Assembly: GCA_030141605.1 (NCBI GenBank) | Contig: JAQGDQ010000028.1 | Span: 930,001-994,000 of the forward strand | Source: Tubiluchus corallicola | Taxonomy: Eukaryota; Animalia; Priapulida | Length of the DNA: 64,000 nt | Reading direction: 5' to 3' | Part shown: positions 16,180 through 26,053 of the stretch, piece by piece | Numbering within the stretch: position 1 is the first letter of the stretch | Layout of the letters: each line of letters begins with the position of its first letter | Made by a program: the position numbers and the translations under genes | Notes under the pieces: generated by a model | Told to the model about the DNA's origin: nothing | What the model saw: the letters and a program-made list of their open reading frames with translations, nothing else | Database searches by the model: none

Positions 16180-17400
16180 AACCCCATTTTCAGAAAAGTG
16201 GAACTCTAGATTCGTTTTTTTTAAGTGAGCAACATAGTCTTATTAACTTGACTATTCTGAATCTGAAAAAAGCTATTGCCAGCTCGAAAAATAGTGGAAA
16301 GCGGTTAAATATGGAAAAAAAATGGCCACCAAATTTCTAGAAAATTAACATTAAAAACCCATGATGACATCTACTCCTAGGTAATTTGACTAGTGGAAGG
16401 CATTTCAGTAATTTTCGTTTCAAACGGTTTCAAAGATGACAACCGTTTTCAAAATAGCCTCCACTGGACTAGAAGAAAATCATGAAAAAATGCTTCTACA
16501 AAGTTCTAGGGGCATTTGTTTTCTAAAAGTAGGCAACATAGCCAGTCTTGTCAATCTGGCTGTGCTTTATCTGAAGAAAACTATTGCCGGCTTGAAAAAT
16601 TAACGGAAAATGGTCAAAAATGCAAAAAGACAACATGGCTGCAAAGTTTTTTGCACACACAATGTAAATGAAAACGAGTTTCCAGAAAATTAATAATATG
16701 AAGCACTGATGACATCTATTCTGGGGCCTTTGCAATCCATTTCTTGTTATAAAAGTGGATTCCATTTTTGAAAATGGCCACCACGCGATAACAAAGTAAT
16801 GCTGATCATGCAGTTACATTAACCGTTTCATCATAAGATTTATTATACAAACAAAAAAGCAATCAACTGGATCCTTTTGAATCCAAAAAACTGCTACTAG
16901 CTCCAAAGCGATTCAAACAGCCAAAGAAGTAAAAGACAAAATGGGTAACAGGATCCCGACATAATTGTCTAGCAGAATGGTGAAAAGGTGATTAATTTTG
17001 GATATGAGGCCAATCAAACATCATTCAGTATGGCTGCCATTTTTGAAATGGTTGACAAGATCGATGCCTGGAATTGCTAGTTTTGAAAGCTATATCCTAA
17101 CTGTTGGTGCAGTTAATACGACTTGCGACAACTTTGGTGTCAAAATATTGGTTAGGTTTTCAATTTCCAATCAGGATTCAATTTCTGATGCCCAGAAACA
17201 CTTATGACATCACCTCAGTTAGGACTTCAAGATGGCTGCCAAAATATTTGTTTATATAATATATTAGCTATATTGTCCGACCTAAGGTAAATAGGACGTT
17301 GATATTGGTATCTATATTTAGGATTGAAAGGTCAAGGATTTAGGGTAGTATCAATATGATCAACATTTTCAAAATGGCGGAAAAGGTAGCTGTTGCTAGG
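16180..17400. repeat. Degenerate modular repeat/DNA-transposon remnant rich in AAAATGGC(C/T/G) motifs; internal ~310-bp duplication
   Basis: Repeated AAAATGGCCACC, CAAGATGGCTGCC and TTCAAAATGGCGG motifs. ATCTGAAAAAAGCTATTGCCAGCTCGAAAAAT (~16261) matches ATCTGAAGAAAACTATTGCCGGCTTGAAAAAT (~16570). Confidence 0.65.
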
Positions 17401-18829
17401 TTATAAAAACCATATCTTACATCATACGAAAATGTGAATGTCACTGATTCTGGAAAAAATCAACTCTGTAAGCAATCCATGCCAGTACTGTTTGCGATCA
17501 GGCTTCAGAGAGAGAAAAAATATGGATTGGCCCTCATAACAGTCAAGCATTTGTATCTTTAAGAAACCTTAGGCATGACCCTTCAAAATTTACTTATATA
17601 GTACTTGAGGACTAATTGTTAAAAATCTTTTTTGAAGTTTTAATGCCATTAAGTTTTGTTGTTTGTGCAGTACAAGTAATTTTATGTAAAATGTCTACTA
17701 ATTTGAAAAAAATCTTTTTTGGCTGTGATTTTTTTAAAATAACATTAGAAATTGGATTACTCAAATAATTAGGGCTAATTTATTGATGTTGTAATCAGTG
17801 TTTATCATTTCTCGGCTCAGATAAAATTATGTGATGGAGATCAATCCTGAGTGAGACTGATCCGTCGAGACCCCCTCTTAGTTGGAGACCGATAAACATT
17901 CAGACTGACTTGTAGAAATTTATGCGGCTAAACATTTTTTGCACAGAGGCCTGCATTGTATTATAACAGCATTGTAGTCGGCAGTATCATATTTATTAGG
18001 ATGCTTTTATAAGTGACCTGTAACATTTAGATTAATTCATCACTTAGTTTGGCAGTTTTGTTGGTAGATTACATGCTAATCACTAATACAAATATGCGCA
18101 ATAATATGACAATTAAAATTATTACGTCTAGATTTTGCGAGTGCTTTTGTGACCTTTAGTACCATCTTAAAATGCTCAAAACATTGATGGGATAATTCTG
18201 CTGCTTTTAACTCTGCGTAGGCCTGTAGTGTACAATCATCCTGCTGGCAGACAAGCAGCAGCAGCAGTAAATACATAATTATTGATTTATGGAGTTATGG
18301 ATTTATTGAATAATTGGCACTGCCTGTGTTTGCCCACACATTATTACCAAATGTATCAGATTTCAAACTACCTATAATTAGTTTTTATAGTCTCTAGTAG
18401 GAGCTGCTATTCGTTTGAAATTATCAGTTGGTTGGTTGACTTCATGGTTTCTTACAAGCATGGGTGGATTTCGTAATTAGTGTGCCTCATTACTAAATAC
18501 TAATTCCAACTTTTGTCCTCTATTGTTCGCTTAGAAATATTACAAAATCGAAATAGCTATCTAGTTTTTTTGTAAAAACTCGTTATATTTTTGACGGTAT
18601 CTTGCTGAAATCTGTTTTCTCAGTTGGCCAATGCTGTTATTGCCTGAAAAATGAGCATGTAAAATGAGCATTCCAAGCATGAAATGCTTCTGACTTTAAA
18701 GTGGTTTTAATGACTAAATGCACAAAGCACTTATCAGACTTTTATTGCTGAATTTTTCTGATAAACTTAACTTACCAGGAAGCTCCTTTAGCTTTTTTAT
18801 GTTTATTTTATTTTTATTGAACCAACATC

Positions 18830-19055
18830 ACAATTTCAAAACATTATACATGTAATTGCATTTGTGGTTTCATGCATATGCGGGCTGGGTGACCCATACA
18901 TGGCAAAAACGCTGCAAAACGTACGGGCCTTATATATTTTTTACCCAAGAGTACATTTTAAAAACCTGTACAGTCTTGGAATCAGGTGGGACTCAAACTG
19001 GGGAGCCTTAGTACAGCAACCAGCTGTGTGTAAAGAGCTAATACCTTATCTTTAG
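18830..19055 (-). mobile_element. Degenerate tRNA-derived SINE
   Basis: The minus strand reads AAGGCTCCCAGTTTGAGTCCCACCTG, resembling a tRNA T-arm/B box. A T-rich tract at ~18795-18815 could be an A-rich tail. Confidence 0.4.
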
Positions 19056-19099
19056 CAGCATTTGTAACATTTAAGCAGGTGCTGCTTGCAGTATCGTAA

Positions 19100-19520
19100 A
19101 TGTGATGCATGGTGAGATTGGTATAAGCTGTCAACTACAATAAGCTTTTGCCAGCATTTTACATACTGTGTGTGAGTGCAAGATATTGAGGATAGTGGAC
19201 CATTGATGTTTTTCACTATGTTGACCACATGCTGAAGCTCATCATATCAATCTGTACCTAGCAGACATCTGTTTTATAACTGAAAAGTCTTTCGATTTTC
19301 TAGCACTTGCAAGTTTGTAAATTTTGTGACTTAGACTACAAACTTAGAACTACTTATTATCATAAATGATAAGTGCAGTTTGCAGTGCCCTCAAGTTGCA
19401 GACAATGTAGATGTAGGGTCACGAAAAACCAAGTGTGAAACTCTGGCTATACATTTTACGACAGCTAGTGTGTCCATAAACTGACATATTTCCTGCATTT
19501 TAGAGGATTTGGAGGACTTT
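19100..19520 (-). mobile_element. Possible LINE ORF1 (gag-like zinc knuckle) fossil
   Basis: The frameshifted minus-strand reading PNPLKCRK-CQF-YGHTSC resembles the PNPLRCxxCQxxGH knuckle of I/Jockey-type ORF1. Later Cys/His-rich stretches are weak. Confidence 0.3.
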
Positions 19521-20932
19521 TAATGACAATAATCTTCTAAACCTAAGCTAGACATTTAGTTATAATTTTGCAACATTTTATATTATACATTTGGCCTATA
19601 ACTAGCAGCTACAGATATTACTGTATTAAGCCAGCTTCGCTTTATCCAACACACAATGTTTAACGTGTGACCTTTTAGGATGTTTTTGTGAAGAGAGTTT
19701 ATGATGCTTTGCTCTGTAAAAATGATTGTTGTAGCCTAAACTCCCACTACTGTCATCATTTTACAGAAATGTACATAAATGCAGTTTAAAGTTGTACTTT
19801 TAAGTGACATGCTTTTTCTCCACAGAATTTGACAGTAAAGTGCAAATGCTATGCAGCAGCATGGCTACCGAATAAATTGTTTAACAAGTGAAAGCTCAAA
19901 TGTGGAAATCAGAAGTATCGAATAGACGCTAGACCCATTTATTCATTTACTTATTTGTAGTCCTGCTAGTAACATATTTACAAAGCTGCAGACTGCTGGT
20001 TTATATATACTCCAATGACATATCAGTATTAGTAAATGCACAACTGGTAAACTACTGGAATTATATTGTAGGTTCAAGCTAAAGTTAGAGAATCTGCTGC
20101 CTAGCTACTTAATGACTTGAAAGACTTGCATCATTCACTATGGTCAGAAGAAATGTGTGAGCCATTGTTTCTTTCAGATTTTGTGTCTTTAGTACTAACC
20201 AACTTACGAACTATGAGTAACGAAATTATTAAATTAGTGTCTAACACTTTTGTAGACTTTGTATTAATTTTTATTGATGACTGTCCATTCAGTGCTGGTA
20301 CCATACACATGCATTGGGAGCTAGAATGTCAGTGTGATCACATATAAAAGAATTGTTTGGCTAGTTGGCTAATTAGCTGGAATATAACTTTTTATGTAGT
20401 TATATTTTTAGATTTAATTTTCATCTCGGAGAAAGTCAACAATTCAAGTTCTTTTATGGGTTCTACAATTTGATTCAAATGTATCTGGAATATATTCCAG
20501 TGATATTTTATGTTTTCCTGTGTGGGAGAACTTTTTATTTCTGAATTGTGTAGCTGCTCAGTTTTTATTGAATGCTGAAACTTTATGAGTTTAGCAAGTT
20601 AAAACCAGTGTTAGCTAGACCTCTGTAATCAATATTATGTCATGCGTAGGCAGCTGCATTGGCTTCTTTTGTAGTGGTGTGCTCAGCTTTTGCTCCTTGT
20701 AGATCAGGAATTTGGAGGCCTTTGCTTTTTATACATTGTACAAACGAAATTGGCAATTGTGTTGTGCTATTTTGAACTGAGATGCTATCAGTGTGACAGT
20801 GTTGAATACAACACGAACTTCTATCTTCAAATAATCTGCTAAGACTTTTTATGCTTTTCGAGGAATGTGGCACTACATTTTTTATTTTGAGTATTAGTTT
20901 GAAGTGATTTTGAATATTAAAGATAAACATTT

Positions 20933-21089
20933 ATGGCCGTGTATCAGGACTTGGACAATCACTTGTCTTCAAACTCTTTCGGACTTTGTGATGCAGTGAA
21001 ACAGTTGAGTTGTTTGCACATGAATCCTGCATATGATGAAACTACACCTGCTAGAATAGACGAGTACAATGACAGAAAATCACGCAGAA
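20933..21089 (+). CDS. NMNAT: Candidate upstream coding exon of NMNAT (N-terminal extension)
   Basis: ATG at 20933 opens 52 codons ending at a phase-1 donor (A|GTGAGA, GT at 21090). The acceptor at 21796 (TTTTTCACGTAG) is phase 1 in the NMNAT frame, so the join is in frame with no stop. Confidence 0.55.
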
Positions 21090-21852
21090 GTGAGATAATT
21101 TTTTGTCTGGTTTGTTGTCTGGAGATTAAAATTAATGTTCATATTAATTACAACACTTATAAATTTAACTCAAAGATTTTTTCTTTGTTCAAAATTTTTG
21201 AAAATATTTAAGTTAATAAGTTAATGCAAACTGTTTTTTTCTGTTTCTTTAAATCATTGTCAAGTATTAAGTCATACCTTCAGTTATTTTTATTCTGATT
21301 TTTTTAAAATTAGCACGGTGTTACACAATCAGCTTAGTTAAATTAATTTTTAGCAAACATTTGGAAAATGGTGCAACTTTTTCCTTATACAGATCTTCCT
21401 TTTAACAATTTGAGAGAAATAACATATGGATAATTGTAATCATACAGGATAATCATCATTGCCCTATTTTTTAAACCAGGGAACTTCTTCTAATGTAATA
21501 TAAATTTTGCTTTCGAAAATCGTGTAATTTGAATCAGGCGTTATTTGCTAACATACTGGAATGGGTTGACAAAAGCTATCTATCATTGGTCTTATAAATG
21601 TTGTCTATCTAAATTTAGTTCGTGTTGCCTTTGTTGTGTAGGGATTTTGCATTCAGAAGCATTTGTTCACATGTGGTAATTTTTCATGTGATATTGTTAC
21701 ACATGACAATAAAAGAATGTAGAACTTTGGATCGATTTTGAACAAGTGTCTCATTGGTGTTCCTTGCCATTACAGTTATCTTTGTTTTTCACGTAGATTT
21801 GAATTGCGTCATACGAGGCCTTACACATCAGATTTTGAATAATAATGTCACC

Positions 21853-22677
21853 ATGATACGAGAAAAAGTTGTGTTGCTTGCCTGCGGGTCTTTCAATCCG
21901 GTAACTAACATGCACTTGCGGATTTTCGAACTGGCGCGTGATCAGCTTCATCGTACTGGCAAGTTCAACATAGTTGGCGGCATCATTTCTCCAGTTAATG
22001 ATCAATATGATAAGAAAGACTTAGTTCCTGCAAACCATCGTGTCAATATGCTGAGACATGCTTTAGCCAGTTCGGACTGGATCCGTGTGGATCCATGGGA
22101 ATCCGAGCAAGAGACGTGGCTGGAGACGGTGAAAATACTGCGGCACCATCAAGCTGTCTTGGATAGCAGCATTAACTTCAATTTGTTGAATCCATCGCCA
22201 TCAAAAAAGCGGAAGCTGAGGCATGATAATGAAACTCCACTTGATGAAGTGGATTTATCTGTTCCGAATCAGAGTAGGTCTGTGGTTACGAATCAGAATC
22301 TTATTAGTGCTCCCACAGAGCGAATCACGGTGAAGCTGCTGTGTGGTGCAGACCTGCTCGAGTCATTTGCTGTGCCAGGTCTTTGGAGAGAAGAACATAT
22401 TGAAGACATCATTCAAAATTATGGACTTGTAGTGATAACTAGAGGCGGATCTAATCCAGAGAGGTTCATCTATGACTCAGATCTGCTGAGTCGGTTACAG
22501 CGGAATATTCACTTAGTGCCGGAGTGGATTCCGAATGATGTGAGCTCGACACGAATTCGAAGAGCAATACGTAGAGGCGAAAGCGTTAAATACCTGGTGC
22601 CTGATGACGTCATCGACTATATTCATCAGCATAAGCTGTATGGCTGGACGGAAAATAGGTGCTGCACAACTTCTTAA
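21853..22677 (+). CDS. NMNAT: Nicotinamide/nicotinate mononucleotide adenylyltransferase (NMNAT1-like, with NLS), 274 aa from ATG 21853; catalytic domain in a single exon starting 21797
   Basis: Motifs VVLLACGSFNPVTNMHLR, GGIISPVND.Y.KKDL, WIRVDPWE, LLCGADLLESFAVPGLW and DVSSTRIRRA. Basic NLS PSKKRKLR lies in the central insertion. Strong start context GTCACCATG. Confidence 0.97.
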   Translation: MIREKVVLLACGSFNPVTNMHLRIFELARDQLHRTGKFNIVGGIISPVNDQYDKKDLVPANHRVNMLRHALASSDWIRVDPWESEQETWLETVKILRHHQAVLDSSINFNLLNPSPSKKRKLRHDNETPLDEVDLSVPNQSRSVVTNQNLISAPTERITVKLLCGADLLESFAVPGLWREEHIEDIIQNYGLVVITRGGSNPERFIYDSDLLSRLQRNIHLVPEWIPNDVSSTRIRRAIRRGESVKYLVPDDVIDYIHQHKLYGWTENRCCTTS

Positions 22678-22959
22678 GCTGGTAACATTTTGGTAATCTT
22701 AAAACAATGCCTGCACTCACTAATAGTAACTGTTTGCACTTAATTTTGCATTGTATTTTATGGTAATTTGTTACTGATTTAAGAAGAGTTTCCAGACGTG
22801 CTCTATTTAAAGTGTACAGCGTTTTAATACGTCTAACTGTTGACTTGTATTTGCCATCACAGCAATGGGAAGAATGGTATTTTTTCACTTAGTTTAAGAT
22901 CAATATAAAAAAATTATGACATGTAGAATTATCGCTTACTGAATGATTTTTTTTCTTAG

Positions 22960-23071
22960 TCTGTTGGCGATGTTCGACTGGACGCCATCTTGTGGTAAAG
23001 CCGATAATCATCAATCTAATCGCGAAAAACGTTGCCAGGGTCCACTCACAGTTCGCTGTACACAAGTCTAG
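22960..23071 (+). CDS. NMNAT: Candidate alternative last exon of NMNAT (tail SLLAMFDWTPSCGKADNHQSNREKRCQGPLTVRCTQV*)
   Basis: Strong acceptor TTTTTTTTCTTAG at 22959 with an upstream TACTGAA branch-like motif. Joining to the phase-2 donor AG|GTGCTG after 22658 keeps the frame to TAG 23069-23071. The donor is weak. Confidence 0.45.
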
Positions 23072-26053
23072 TTTACCAGTTCTCAACTTTCCAGAAGGTT
23101 TCCTCAGGACTTCTCCGAAATTCCGTTTAGAAAAACCACTACAGTTTGAAATAGCTTCCCCATAATGTGTTCTTTCTACTTGCACAAAAATTTTTGTCCC
23201 CTGGGTAATGCCTTTTAAAGTTGGTATTCAGAGAAACGCTATACACTCTGGACAGAAGAAGATCGAGATTCTTGCTTATAAATATGATACTGCATATAGC
23301 TTTATAGAATTTTAGTTCTATTTAAATTTGGAAGACTAGAGCATTTGTTTACTATTGTAATAGTTTTGCCAGTTTTACATGCCAAAATATACTAGTCATT
23401 TAACATTGTGAACACTGCAGTTCGTGTATTCTTGCGATCTTGACATTTTTATCAATATAATAAAGAGAAACCATACAAAGTATGAACTTTTATTACAAGC
23501 AACTATATCAGTACATATACATACTAGTCCGCGTATTTAAGAACTTACAGTAAATTTTGACCAATAAACTCAAAACTGAATAGATGTAAAAGGATAAAAA
23601 ACATTGGGACTTGGGAGGTATTTCAACAATGTTTATCTGTGTTTACTGTAGCTGGTTTTGAAGATTTTGCCTTTGTTCTGCCTTCACTTTAATTACACAT
23701 TATGGTTTTCCTTTCATTTGCAATCTTGTAGACTATTTAGTGTGATACATGTATGTGTGAGATGTTTGTTGTGTAATATAAAGTAGTAATACAGGTATGA
23801 ATTATATTCCAGTGTCTGGCATAAACATCTGACAATGTATATTTATAGGTTTGTCATCATTTTTCTTGTGACGGTTCATTTAGAAGTAATATTTTCTATT
23901 AACTATTTCTCTTATAATACACTTGATGTACGTTAAAACATTTAGCTGTAAGGTTATTACATGTATAATAAATAATCTCAAAAAATTAGTTATTGGATAT
24001 TGAGCTATGAACATTTTAACTTGTCCGTGTGTAGTACGTGTCATCTAGACAGTGAATATCTACATGATTGATTGTCAAAATGATTTTTACTTTCCTTAAT
24101 ACATGTGTTTTTCGTGCTTGTTAGTAAATAATAATACTAAGTGTATCACGATGTCAATTTCTTGTAATAAGGCGGATCTATTAAAAACAGGCAGCACTTG
24201 CATTAAGTACTGTCAGTTTTATGCAAAACATGGACCTACATGTAAAAAGAGCAGTTGTTTCTTTCACAAGTGCAGCATGACTGCTTCATGAAAACAAAAT
24301 TAGAAAACATGACCGAAACTTGATATGCTAGTTGTCTAATGAGTATGAATGAGTTGCCCAGATTGTGGTTGCCAGCTATATTTTTTGTCAGTTAAATAAC
24401 ATATTTTGCGATTAATATGTTACCACTTTAACTAGACATTTAAAATATGAAGGGACATCCGCTTATAATGTTTTGTTGTACTTGTAAAGTCCTATTATTT
24501 ATGCATGATATTATATTACTAGCACTGTTTGCAAAGCCAGTGCTGCAGTCTGCTCAAATTAATACTTAATTGGCAAAAACTGCTATATCTCTAAGTGTCC
24601 TGGTTTAAATGCAAGTTATTACATAATACACTAGCACTTCGTGTTATGTTACAATGGTATATATTTTACTTACTTTGCGTTACACTTTAAAAAGTTGATT
24701 GTTGAACATTTGACTTGTCTATCCATGATGTTGAAAGTATTTTAAATTAAGAGAATCTGGGTAACTGTTGTTCTTAAGCAGGGAGCTATTAGTGTAGAAA
24801 CTTTAAATAATGTTTTAGTGTGCCAAATTGTGAAAAAATGTTCTCTGGTAGGTTCATCTGGCAGGTTTTTAATACACATAGTTTTAATTTTCACTATTTC
24901 ATTAGGTTCCTGTTTGAGAGCCAAATGCTTACTATATTTTCTACATTTTAAGTGAAATGTTGCAAATTTTGTTATGATATCAGTGCCTTAAATTACAATG
25001 AATTTTAATATACAGCTGATTGGTTATCCATTTGTAACTGAATAATTATAAGAGGAGTGTTATTGCCATGTACAGATGTACGGTAAGAAATAAAATTGTT
25101 GCGTGCGATACATGATGGTATTTGCGACCCAAAGTGAAAAAATTCCTAAATGTTGTAACTGATCTTATAACTGAGTATAAACAGAGCATCTATAAAACAT
25201 AATCGAATAACTCTAATGATGCCAGTGACCTTGGCTATATGTAATTAAATTAATAAGAAAGCGATGTTCGTGATACAATGATTGCCACCTCGTGCATTAG
25301 TAATGAATGTGTATTGGACGAGTTGGTGACTAATGTGTAATTATTATTATCAATAAAGTTATTAGATATAATGAAACAGTGATGGTTGCTGTTTGTTTTT
25401 AAATGCGAAATTGTGTATAATATCTAATTAATTTTTTAATGATTATACTTATAGTATACTATAAATAATGTAAATGCTACTCTATAAATACAATAAGTAG
25501 TACAACTAATAATGATTATCAGCTAAGTGCAGTCTAGCTTTGTTAATGGTTGATTGCTCGCATCTATTTGTCAGTTATAACAGACATGTTTTGACAATTG
25601 AAATCTTAGGAAAAGTCTCGTGAGACATAGGTATCAGAGTAAAAAGGTTAAACTTTTGTCATAAAATGTCAGACCCTTTGAGTTTCTGTTTAAAATGTGT
25701 ACTGTACACAAAAAGCTTAAAAGCATCAATATTACTTTGTGAAATAATCAAGTACAACATTTTATTATAATGTGGAAAAATTTATTGAGTATATATATGT
25801 TTTGTAACATTTGCTTCAGAAAAGGGAAGTCTGTAACACAACATTATTCTCACACTATACATGTCAAGAGAATATGTGATTTTAAATATTTCACTCATTT
25901 TGTAATGAATAATTTTTGTTCAACTAGAATTGGTGGTATTCATGAAAATTTTCATTGTTTTGCAGGCTTTCCTTACTACTCTAGGCTTCGTGACTTTATG
26001 CTAAGCACCAAATGAATGATGTGAATAGCTGACCTGAAATCTCGTGTTCTGAA

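Noticed and set aside
17810-17910. RNase P RNA or C/D snoRNA (ATTCAGACT, TGATGG..CTGA)
   Set aside because: There is no upstream CR-I partner and no proper C box; more likely a degraded SINE.
21754-21852. ORF-track start of NMNAT at 21754
   Set aside because: It is a non-ATG start lying in the intron upstream of the acceptor at 21796.
26010-26052. C/D snoRNA-like ATGATG...CTGA
   Set aside because: Too short (~40 nt), imperfect C box, and it lies in the KIZ 5' UTR exon.
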